NCBI GenBank assembly: GCA_044229845.1
Contig: JBGASG010000007.1
Location: 160,001-224,000 of the forward strand
Length of the DNA: 64,000 nt
Reading direction: 5' to 3'
Source of the DNA: Candidatus Obscuribacteraceae bacterium
GTDB taxonomy: Bacteria > Cyanobacteriota > Vampirovibrionia > Obscuribacterales > Obscuribacteraceae
Part shown: piece after piece, positions 30,499 through 38,999 of the stretch
Layout: each line of letters starts with the position of its first letter
Position numbering within the stretch: the stretch's first letter is position 1
Position numbers and translations under genes: made by a program
The notes under the pieces: model-generated
Told to the model about the DNA's origin: nothing
Databases searched by the model: none
Seen by the model: only the letters and a program-made list of their open reading frames with translations

Positions 30499-31275
30499 TT
30501 ATTTCTGTCCGAAGAGGCGCTGCCACCAGGACAAATTCAACAGTCGATTGTAATTGTCCTTCAGTTCCTGCAACTCTTGTTTGGCCTTATCCAGTTCGTC
30601 TTTGACGCGCCGATTCTCATTGGCATTTGTTTCCAGAAGGCGCATGGAACCCTGGAGCTGGGCGATCATGCGCATATCTTCCAGGTGCAGTCTGCGTTCT
30701 TCCGAGAGTGCTTTCTGCGTGACGCACAGCTCTCTCAATAGGTGTTCTACCTCATCAGAGCGGTCGATGACAATCGTCGGCTGCTCAAAACCGTTTTGCG
30801 ATGTGCGCCACGGCAACTTGCGCCGCGTTGTACTCTCGAAGGAGGAAGAATAGAACCGCTGCGTTGCCTCTTGGGGGTTACCCGCAGCAGCGTTTTCGGA
30901 GGGCTGCTGAGTGGTATCAAATGTGGTGCCGGCTGCGGCTACCTGGCGCACGCGAAACCCGGGCGGCGGAATAATCCGCCATTCGTCGCCGCTGCTTGTC
31001 TGCAGCTTGCGTGCCTGCCAGCCGTCCGGCAGCTTGTTGCCCCAGCGTCCGGAGATGCTGCGTTCTAGCGCCCTAATCGATTTGCCGAGCACCTGACCGG
31101 CTTGTTTGAGAGTCAGGAATGGACGCGGCACGTCATAGAAGACCGCTTCTTGGGCTTCTTCCGGAGGTGCGGGCAGCTCAAAGGCATTTTCGGACGGGAC
31201 GGAGGTCTGTCCAGACTCGTCCTCGAACTGAATTGCTTCCAGTGACGCCCCCGGGTTGGCCGTTTCCATGCTCAT
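30499..31275 (-). CDS. HTH + coiled-coil protein with C-terminal amphipathic WWQRLFG tail
   Basis: LTLKQAGQVLGKSIRALERSI HTH-like segment; heptad-rich C-terminal half. Confidence 0.75.
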   Translation of the reverse strand: MSMETANPGASLEAIQFEDESGQTSVPSENAFELPAPPEEAQEAVFYDVPRPFLTLKQAGQVLGKSIRALERSISGRWGNKLPDGWQARKLQTSSGDEWRIIPPPGFRVRQVAAAGTTFDTTQQPSENAAAGNPQEATQRFYSSSFESTTRRKLPWRTSQNGFEQPTIVIDRSDEVEHLLRELCVTQKALSEERRLHLEDMRMIAQLQGSMRLLETNANENRRVKDELDKAKQELQELKDNYNRLLNLSWWQRLFGQK

Positions 31276-31372
31276 AGCAGCTCCTCAAATGCGAGTTGCC
31301 AATTAGTTTAGGGCAACGGCTGCACGTCAAGGAATGGAATGTAATTTATCTATGCGAATCAATTTGGTCCGA

Positions 31373-31777
31373 TTACTCGGATTTTTCTTGAAACTTCAGC
31401 GAAGCCGAATTGACGCAATACCGCAAATTAGAAGGGCGAGGCCCATCTGGAAATACGTGTCCGAGATGCGCATCGCAGCGGCTGCACTTGATTTCAGTGC
31501 GAGTCATGCCGTGATCGGTATCTACCGCTTCGTCAATCTTTTCCGCTGCCATCGGCGCCCAGAAGCTAGGCCAGCCGCTTCCCGAATCGTATTTCTGCTC
31601 GGATGAAAACAGCTCGTTGCCGCAGCACACGCACAGATAGGTGCCTTCTTTCTTATTTTGGTAGTACTCACCCGTAAACGCTCTCTCGGTGCCTCGCTGA
31701 CGCGCCACCTCATACTGCTGCGCAGTCAACTGATTGCGCCATTCTTCATCGGTTTTGACAATTTTCTCGTCTGACAT
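31373..31777 (-). CDS. msrB: peptide-methionine (R)-S-oxide reductase
   Basis: [26 protein letters not shown] and RYCVNS motifs; two CxxC. Confidence 0.97.
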   Translation of the reverse strand: MSDEKIVKTDEEWRNQLTAQQYEVARQRGTERAFTGEYYQNKKEGTYLCVCCGNELFSSEQKYDSGSGWPSFWAPMAAEKIDEAVDTDHGMTRTEIKCSRCDAHLGHVFPDGPRPSNLRYCVNSASLKFQEKSE

Positions 31778-31816
31778 TGCTAAAGAAATCTCCCTCGGCT
31801 CCGCGATCCTCAAAAA

Positions 31817-31844
31817 AGATCTCAACCGATATCGGTTGAGATTT
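31817..31844. repeat. dispersed palindrome copy 4
   Basis: AGATCTCAACCGATATCGGTTGAGATTT, between the SOD gene and msrB. Confidence 0.95.
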
Positions 31845-31911
31845 GTCTGCAGGGTGGATGCAGCAGGGGCAGGCTCTGAAAAGCCCGCCCCGCCACAAAT
31901 CTTACTTTCCG

Positions 31912-32526
31912 TTACTTGATGAGGCGTGCTTCAACAGCTGCCCAATCGACGTTGGCGAAAAATGCTTCGATGTACTTCGGACGATCGGCCGGTTTGTAAT
32001 CGATCAACCAGGCATGCTCCCAAACGTCCATAACCAGAATCGGTTTGAAGCCGGCAACGTTTCCTTCTTCATGCAAAGTAATCCAGTGGTTGGAAAGTGT
32101 TTTGGTTTCCGGATCTTGGAACAGCACTGCCCAACCCACACCGCGCATGGCGCCGACTTTGGAGAAGTCGTTTTTCCACACTTCGAGCGAGCTGTAGACT
32201 TCGCCGAGTTTCTTGCCGAGTTCGCTTGATTCTTTCAGTTCGGAACCGCCGGTCTTCATGTTGCCGAAGTAGTACTCGTGCAGCACTTTGCCGTTGTATT
32301 CGAAGCCGTAGCGACGCTTCAATTCTGCGTATTCAGGAGTGCCGGCTTTGCCTTGTTCGGTCAGTTCGATGACTTTCTCGCACAAGGTGTTGGTGTTCTT
32401 GACGTAACCGGCATAAAGGCCGAGGTGAATTTCCAGTGTTTTGTCGGAGATGCCCGTCAGGCCTTTGAGATGGCTGAAGTCTTTCTCGACATATGGCTTG
32501 TAAGATATTTTAGTCTGCGTGGTCAT
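31912..32526 (-). CDS. Fe/Mn superoxide dismutase family protein
   Basis: [21 protein letters not shown] and MDVWEHA motifs. Confidence 0.9.
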   Translation of the reverse strand: MTTQTKISYKPYVEKDFSHLKGLTGISDKTLEIHLGLYAGYVKNTNTLCEKVIELTEQGKAGTPEYAELKRRYGFEYNGKVLHEYYFGNMKTGGSELKESSELGKKLGEVYSSLEVWKNDFSKVGAMRGVGWAVLFQDPETKTLSNHWITLHEEGNVAGFKPILVMDVWEHAWLIDYKPADRPKYIEAFFANVDWAAVEARLIK

Positions 32527-32648
32527 TTATAGCTCCAATCAAGAAGGAAGGAAGATGGAACAGATATCTTTTGGGTCGCTCATAAATACCACAAAACGCT
32601 TATCAAGTGGCGCGTCCCGCTAAAATTGCACGGGGAGCTTATGTTCGA

Positions 32649-33179
32649 ATGCTGAAGCTATACAAGGAGCAAGACGGCGAACTCCTTTATTGGGAGGCGT
32701 GGGAAGACGGTCGAGAGATCATCATCCACTGGGGCGTTGTGGGCGATCGCGGCGAAAGTATGGTGGCGCCCTTACCTGAGTTCGAGCCTCCGATGTCGGC
32801 GATCGAACAGCATGCGCACGAGGCGCGCATGGCGGGTTTCTTCGAGCGTCGTCCGGAAGATCTGTTCGAGCTGGTGATTCGGTATGAGTTGCCCGGACGA
32901 GAGTCGGCCAACGATGTGCAACGGGCGTACGCGATTGAAGAACTGATGGACGAAACGCTGGGCTGGACGGGCAACGGCTACTGTGAAGGAAACGATATCA
33001 GCGACGGCGTCATGCGACTGTATTGCTTCGTGGTGGAACCGCACATAGCCGGACGCACCATCGTTGAAGAGCTGCGGGGAGCCGAGTTCCTGGATGGAGC
33101 GGTGGTCGCGTTCCAGGACCGCGACGAGTCTTTTGTGGTGCTCTGGCCGCTGGATAACAAAAAGGCATTTGAGTTTTAG
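32649..33179 (+). CDS. acidic hypothetical protein with WGR-like N-terminus
   Basis: LYWEAW...IIHWGVVGDRG; LGWTGNGYCEG. Confidence 0.7.
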   Translation: MLKLYKEQDGELLYWEAWEDGREIIIHWGVVGDRGESMVAPLPEFEPPMSAIEQHAHEARMAGFFERRPEDLFELVIRYELPGRESANDVQRAYAIEELMDETLGWTGNGYCEGNDISDGVMRLYCFVVEPHIAGRTIVEELRGAEFLDGAVVAFQDRDESFVVLWPLDNKKAFEF

Positions 33180-33229
33180 GGCACCGTACGCGGTGGCGTG
33201 CCTGCTGTCCCGCACCGCATATGGTGCCC
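33179..33229. repeat. inverted pair of REP-like units
   Basis: GGGCACCGTACGCGGTG ... CACCGCATATGGTGCCC; 15/17 complementary, each arm itself a hairpin. Confidence 0.6.
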
Positions 33230-33251
33230 GGATTGCGTGCCTTTCGAGGGA

Positions 33252-33318
33252 CAGAAGCAGGCAATGCAGAAGGAGGCAATGCAGAAGGAGGCAATGCAGA
33301 AGGAGGCAATGCAGAAGG
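33252..33318. repeat. 15-bp tandem repeat CAGAAGGAGGCAATG, ~4.5 copies
   Basis: One variant unit, three identical units and a partial unit. Confidence 0.95.
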
Positions 33319-33743
33319 CGCAAAAGAAAGCAGCCGCCCGAGAGAGCGACTGCCAGTTAATCTTTACCCTTATAGGGTCCCTCCTCAGGGGAGGGGTTTC
33401 CAATGCATAGGAAATTAGAAATGGTTTATGTTCTTACGGTTTTGTCTCTAGGCGAGACCTCCATAAAAGCAAATTTCCTGCACACGATTTAAATACCCCA
33501 ATTTCCGCGCAGAGTATGTTGTCTACTTTACAAGTTTGGAAAACTGTTATGCAGACTACGTTTTCGCGGGGGGTTGCACATTGACTGGTTGGAAAATTGC
33601 ATGGTCGAGCCTCCATTTTTCTCTTTATAGGAGGAATACGTATGTACATACATAAGAGGCAGTGTTATATCGTTTCTGGGCTACATCTAATTCGATGAAT
33701 TTCGCCCCTTTTCCGTCAATCATTGCTGCTCGAGCGAGGGTCC

Positions 33744-35042
33744 ATGTTTGTACGAACGTTGAAGCGCACCGTCGACCGGTTGGTGAGTTCCGTGCAGAAG
33801 CGGTTTCTTCTGCCAGTGGTCTGCACGGTGACATTCTTCATCTGGCTCTCTCTCTGCCATGCGCACTACGACAGCTACTGGCAGGGCACGATCTATCGGG
33901 TGCAGACAGTGGATTTCAATATGCTGCACCACACACTGCCGGCAACGCTCTCGTACCTGGTTCTGACCGGGCGTGACGAATCAGTGCAGAAGGTTCTCGA
34001 CTCGACCTACGGCATCTTCGGGTTGGTCGTCACCGACCCCAGCGGCAACGAAATTCTCTACAAGACAAAAGCTGTCTACAAGCGTGAGCACTGGCAGAAG
34101 ATGGTTTCAGTCGACTATTTGAAGCAGATCAAAGAACCCTACGATCTGCTTACCGACCCGCCTCCCGGCAGTTCCACCCATGTGCATGTGACGCCGCGGA
34201 TGACCGACACCAAAGATTTGTCGGACCAACCGCAGGGGAGAGTGCTGGGACGTGTCTATTACTTGCGCGGGCTGCCGCCCACTTTCGCAGAAGATTTGCT
34301 GGGTGCGGTGTTCAGCAACTGGATGGAGATGAGCGGCTCCAAGCGGGGCTACGTCGTGCTGACGATGGCCGTGCTCGGCTTCGCAACGTCATTCGTCTTG
34401 CTTGTCCTCTTCCGTCAACGGTCGCTTGAACTGAAGCAGAAAGAACTGAAGTCTCGCGAGAGCGAACTCGCCATCCGGCGCAAAGCTCTTGAACAGCTCA
34501 ACGCCGATATCGCATCGCAGAGACAGCGCAAAGAGTGGCTGGAGTCTGAGTCTGAGATGGCGTATCGCCGAGCTCTGGCTTTAAAAGAGTCGTTGCAGCG
34601 TCTCAAAGAGATGTTCTTTGCCGTAGACATGCGTCCGGGAGCGCCCGGGCAGGCCGCTGCCCCAACCAGCACTCAGGCTACTCCAGCCGGTCCGGTACAT
34701 GTGCGTCCACCCTTGCATCCGGCCTCTTCACTGATTGAAGAGATTGAGGGATTGCTCCCTGACCTGGCCAACAATGCCAAGATTTTGAGATCTCAAGCCG
34801 AGGTTCTGCAAAGCTATTGCTCGCAGCTGGAACTGCGCCAGTCCGAGATGCAGCAAGTTCTCAAAATGAGAGAAGCGACTATTTCCGAACAGGTACGTCA
34901 AGCTCAAGCAAATGCTGGGCAGAATATGATGGGTGGCCCCCCTGCCTCAGGCGCATCTAACTCGGTGCATCAAGCCGTTCCGCCTCAGGTAAATGTCCAT
35001 CCCGACCCGGTTATACGGAGCGTGCGCCAAGACCGGCGCTGA
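33744..35042 (+). CDS. 2-TM membrane protein with extracytoplasmic domain and cytoplasmic coiled coil
   Basis: Two TM segments flanking a RVQTVDFN...YGIFGLVVTD domain; long coiled coil. Confidence 0.8.
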   Translation: MFVRTLKRTVDRLVSSVQKRFLLPVVCTVTFFIWLSLCHAHYDSYWQGTIYRVQTVDFNMLHHTLPATLSYLVLTGRDESVQKVLDSTYGIFGLVVTDPSGNEILYKTKAVYKREHWQKMVSVDYLKQIKEPYDLLTDPPPGSSTHVHVTPRMTDTKDLSDQPQGRVLGRVYYLRGLPPTFAEDLLGAVFSNWMEMSGSKRGYVVLTMAVLGFATSFVLLVLFRQRSLELKQKELKSRESELAIRRKALEQLNADIASQRQRKEWLESESEMAYRRALALKESLQRLKEMFFAVDMRPGAPGQAAAPTSTQATPAGPVHVRPPLHPASSLIEEIEGLLPDLANNAKILRSQAEVLQSYCSQLELRQSEMQQVLKMREATISEQVRQAQANAGQNMMGGPPASGASNSVHQAVPPQVNVHPDPVIRSVRQDRR

Positions 35043-35218
35043 GGCGAGAGTTTACGGAAGACGTAAAACCCCTTGGCCTTCGCGATTGATCTTTGCGCGG
35101 ACGTGATAAAGTGTATATCGCCGGGCAAGATGCTGTCCTCGCATCCGTTATGGGTGCCGAGGAGGGCGGATTCCTTTATCAGGCGTGCCCGCAGGGTGGA
35201 TAGGATAACAGGCGCTCA

Positions 35219-38200
35219 ATGAAGCCTCCTTCGAAAACACGTACGCAGCTTTCCCTTCAATCAGTTCAGGACGCGAGCAGTCCGCCCGTTTACCGACGGG
35301 GCGTCCAGTATTATCGCCGCAAGAAAGTTCTGAAGTACGAAGAGCAAAACGATGGTGCCCACATGGAGGCACTGGTGATCGGCTCTGAACCTCAGCCGTA
35401 CAAAGTGATCGCCGACATCGAAGGCCCCGATAAGTTCAAAGCAGTCTGCTCCTGTCCCTATTTCGAAGAGGTCTGCAAACATTCGGTTGCTGTTCTGCTC
35501 ACGCACATCGCCCGCAGTTTTCCCGGCATGCGCTTCGATATGGCCGAACCCGACCGCGGTCGGGACGGGTATCAAGAGCCGATCACCCGCGCTCGCGACT
35601 TGCTCGACGACGCCAAAACCATTCAAGGTCTGGTAATCGCTAATAAGGAGGAGCCGGAGTTCTCACTGGGCGCCCTCGTCCTCGAAAAACCACTGGCATT
35701 GATCATCGGCACGCTGCCTCTGAAAGTGGAAGGCAAGGTCAATATTTTGAAAGTGCCGGAGCCGATGGTGAATGCGCTGCCCGACGGCTCACGCATCCAC
35801 CGTCTGGTCAAATATTTGTTGGGTTTGCCGCAAGCTACCAAAGGATCGGCCGGCGGTCATCGGATTCCGCGCGGCGATGAAGGCATAGTGATCGGGCACA
35901 TCGGCTTGTGCGCCAAACTGGTCGGCGCCACCGACGGCAAAGAAATAGGCTTCTCCAAAACTTATGTGAAACCGCGAATCGTCATATCCGAGACCGAAAA
36001 CGGCGAGCTGGCGATCAAGCTGAAAGCCGTGAACGAAGCAGCCAATGAAGTCATGGAAGACGCGGTCTTTTTCCTGGGGCAACCGTCCTGGGTGATGTCC
36101 GGCAAGATGTTTCATCCAATTGATCTCAGCCCCATTCACAGGCTGTTCCAGTTCTTCGATTCCCGCGGCAATATGACCGTCAAGCTGGAAACCGTACCAA
36201 AGTTTCTTGCCGTCGACTTGCCCATTTTGAAGAAACGCATGGAAGTCGAGCTGGACGAAACCCAAGCACCATTCCCGGTGGCAATCACCGAACCTCCGCA
36301 AGTCGTGATCAAACTGGGTGAGCGCCGCGCCAGCCGCAATGCTACCGGCACTACCGCCAATCAGCTGGCGCCGGAGCTGGAATGCATCCTCGGTTTCCGT
36401 TACGGCAATCTCGTCATGCCGTCGCGTGATGAAACCAGCGCCGTCGAAGCAGAACTCTATACGCGCACCATCTCCGACAGCGGTCAGAGCGTCTGGGTCA
36501 AGCGCCTCTGGGATCAGGAAGGGCAGGTCCGTCGTTTCCTTTCCAACCTCAATCCTTCCAGAACTCTCGCCGACCGCTTCTTCTATTTAGAAGAGCCGGC
36601 CCTGGATGTTCTCTATTACCTTTCTACCGAACAGTGCACCGACTGGGACCTGACCGGACGGGACGATCTGCAGTTCTACAAAGTCTCCCGCAAGCCGGTT
36701 CATCTCAAAGCCATCCTCTCGCTCAAAAAGGACGCTTACAAGTTCGAGTTCGAGTTGCAAGCGAAAGACGAGGAGAGCGGCGAATTTCTGCCGTTCTTCA
36801 GCGTCATCGAAGCCGTCTTCCGCAACCGCAACTATCTCAAGATTGCCAACGGGAATAACGTGCGTTTGCCGGTGACGATGTTGCTCAGCGTCATGAAGGC
36901 GATCGGGCAGAGCAAAGAATCGGCGCGCCCCCTCTACCAGGCGCTGCCCATTGCCCACACTCTGGAAACGCATGGCATCGAGATCGAAGCCGATGAGGGC
37001 TTTAAAGAGTTCATTTTCAAACTGAGAAACTTCAACCAGCTCGAACCGATCGGCGTGCCATCCGACTTTGTCGGCACGTTGCGCGAATACCAGCATGAAG
37101 GTTTCAACTGGCTGGTTTTCCTCCGTGAATACGGTCTGGGCGGCATTCTTGCAGACGACATGGGTTTGGGTAAAACCATCCAGGCTTTGACGTTGCTGCT
37201 CTTCCATCACAAGAACGGCAAGCAACGCAACCCGTCGCTGGTGGTGGCACCAACTTCCGTGGTCTACAACTGGTTGTCGGAAGCCGAGAAATTCTCACCC
37301 AAACTGAACACGGCTCTGTTCCTGGGACGCGACCGTACCGACCTGCTCAACAAGCTGAAGAAAGACAAGGGCAAGCCCGATGTAATCTTCACCACTTACG
37401 GTATCATTCGCCGCGACTGGGAAACTCTCAAAGAATTCCAATTCGACTACCTGATTCTCGATGAAGCGCAAAACATCAAGAACCCGGAATCTGTGGGAGC
37501 GCAAGCATCTAAGAGCCTGAAGGCATTGCACCGCCTGGCTCTTTCCGGTACGCCGGTAGAAAACCGACTGAAGGAACTCTGGTCGATCTTCGACTTCTTG
37601 ATGCCGGATTTCCTGGGTACATATCGCGAGTTCAACGAAAACTTCGAGCGCCCGATCGAACTGGGCACCGGCGAGTCAGGAACCAAACTGCGCAAGATCG
37701 TCCATCCCTTTATCTTGCGCCGCCTGAAGAGCCAGGTTGAGAAGGACCTGCCGGAAAAAACCGACATCATCAGTCTCTGCGAAATGGAAGACGAACAGCG
37801 CTCCCTTTATCTGGATGTGCTGGACGAATGCCGGCAGAAAGTCTTCGGCGAAATTGCCAACAAAGGCATCAAGCGCTCGCAAATCAGCGTGCTCGCCGCA
37901 CTCTTGCGCTTACGTCAAGTCTGCTGCGACCCGCGTTTGCTCAAGAATCGCGAGCCTGGAGACGCCGTTCCCAACTCCGCCAAGCTGGACACACTTGTCG
38001 AGATGCTGGATGAGGTCACCAACTCCGGACACAAAATCCTGGTCTTCAGTCAGTTCGTGGAAATGCTCAGCTTGATCGAAGACGAACTGAAGAAATCCGG
38101 CTACATCTACGAATACATCGATGGTCAGACTCCTGCAAAAGAACGTCTCGACCGCGTCAACAAATTCAACGCCGACCCGAATATTCCGATCTTCCTGATT

Positions 38201-38491
38201 TCACTTAAAGCAGGCGGCACCGGTTTGAACTTGACCGGCGCAGATTACGTCATCCATTACGATCCCTGGTGGAACCCTGCGGTGGAAAACCAGGCTACCG
38301 ACCGGGCTCACCGTATCGGACAAACCAAGCACGTCTTCAACTATAAGCTGATTACGCGCGGCTCAGTGGAAGAGAAGATTCTTGCCTTGCAGAAGAAGAA
38401 AAAGGAACTGGCGGAGATGGTCATTGGCGGTGACGAAAACGTAGCCAAGGAACTGACGCGCGAAGATCTGGAATTCCTGTTCTCGTTCTAA
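35219..38491 (+). CDS. SWIM zinc-finger / SNF2-family helicase
   Basis: CSCP...CKH; LADDMGLGKT, DEAQ, SGTP, DPWWNP and QATDRAHRIGQ motifs. Confidence 0.95.
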   Translation: MKPPSKTRTQLSLQSVQDASSPPVYRRGVQYYRRKKVLKYEEQNDGAHMEALVIGSEPQPYKVIADIEGPDKFKAVCSCPYFEEVCKHSVAVLLTHIARSFPGMRFDMAEPDRGRDGYQEPITRARDLLDDAKTIQGLVIANKEEPEFSLGALVLEKPLALIIGTLPLKVEGKVNILKVPEPMVNALPDGSRIHRLVKYLLGLPQATKGSAGGHRIPRGDEGIVIGHIGLCAKLVGATDGKEIGFSKTYVKPRIVISETENGELAIKLKAVNEAANEVMEDAVFFLGQPSWVMSGKMFHPIDLSPIHRLFQFFDSRGNMTVKLETVPKFLAVDLPILKKRMEVELDETQAPFPVAITEPPQVVIKLGERRASRNATGTTANQLAPELECILGFRYGNLVMPSRDETSAVEAELYTRTISDSGQSVWVKRLWDQEGQVRRFLSNLNPSRTLADRFFYLEEPALDVLYYLSTEQCTDWDLTGRDDLQFYKVSRKPVHLKAILSLKKDAYKFEFELQAKDEESGEFLPFFSVIEAVFRNRNYLKIANGNNVRLPVTMLLSVMKAIGQSKESARPLYQALPIAHTLETHGIEIEADEGFKEFIFKLRNFNQLEPIGVPSDFVGTLREYQHEGFNWLVFLREYGLGGILADDMGLGKTIQALTLLLFHHKNGKQRNPSLVVAPTSVVYNWLSEAEKFSPKLNTALFLGRDRTDLLNKLKKDKGKPDVIFTTYGIIRRDWETLKEFQFDYLILDEAQNIKNPESVGAQASKSLKALHRLALSGTPVENRLKELWSIFDFLMPDFLGTYREFNENFERPIELGTGESGTKLRKIVHPFILRRLKSQVEKDLPEKTDIISLCEMEDEQRSLYLDVLDECRQKVFGEIANKGIKRSQISVLAALLRLRQVCCDPRLLKNREPGDAVPNSAKLDTLVEMLDEVTNSGHKILVFSQFVEMLSLIEDELKKSGYIYEYIDGQTPAKERLDRVNKFNADPNIPIFLISLKAGGTGLNLTGADYVIHYDPWWNPAVENQATDRAHRIGQTKHVFNYKLITRGSVEEKILALQKKKKELAEMVIGGDENVAKELTREDLEFLFSF

Positions 38492-38976
38492 TGAAAAAAT
38501 CGTACGACGCCTCGAAGATCAAGCCAATTCCCGGTGCGCAGGTGGCTGTCGTTCAGGCTTCCTGGCATAAAGATCACACCGATCGCATGGTGGAGGCTTC
38601 GCGGGAGATTCTCGAGCAGGCTCAGTGCTCGGCTGTCGATGTTTTTGTGGTGCCCGGCAGCTATGAGATTCCGCTGACTGCCAAGAAACTGGCGGCGCTC
38701 GGCAAGTACGATGCAATTTTCGTTTACGGCATCATTGTCAAAGGCGAAACCGATCACTATGACGTGATTGTGCAGACTTGCATTCGCGAATTGGGCAAAG
38801 TCATGTATGACTTCGAAGTGCCGATTATCATGGAGATTTTGCCGGTCCACGATATCGAACATGCAATCGCTCGCACCCAGGGTGACCACAATAAGGGCAT
38901 CGAAGCCGCTCTTGCCGCAATTGATCTGATTGTTCTTTATCGCCAGATAGAAGCCGGTCGCGCGGTGCGCACGTAG
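38491..38976 (+). CDS. ribH: 6,7-dimethyl-8-ribityllumazine synthase
   Basis: VPGSYEIP, KGETDHYD and NKGIEAA motifs; TAATG overlap with the SNF2 stop. Confidence 0.93.
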   Translation: MKKSYDASKIKPIPGAQVAVVQASWHKDHTDRMVEASREILEQAQCSAVDVFVVPGSYEIPLTAKKLAALGKYDAIFVYGIIVKGETDHYDVIVQTCIRELGKVMYDFEVPIIMEILPVHDIEHAIARTQGDHNKGIEAALAAIDLIVLYRQIEAGRAVRT

Positions 38977-38999
38977 AACGGCAGCCCAATTGAGGGGAG

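Noticed and set aside
31373..31777. msrB as a second selenoprotein
   Set aside because: The catalytic residue is Cys (RYCVNS); there is no in-frame UGA.
33252..33318. Tandem repeat as a CRISPR array or as the overlapping repeat-peptide ORFs
   Set aside because: No spacers. ORFs appear in several frames only because the 15-mer lacks stop codons.
33340..33720. AT-rich intergenic stretch as oriC
   Set aside because: Only mismatched DnaA-box-like words (e.g. TTTGGAAAA), no clear cluster, and no dnaA/dnaN nearby.
35219..38976. SNF2-ribH overlap as a functional system
   Set aside because: A TAATG overlap shows co-transcription at most; nothing else links these two common genes.
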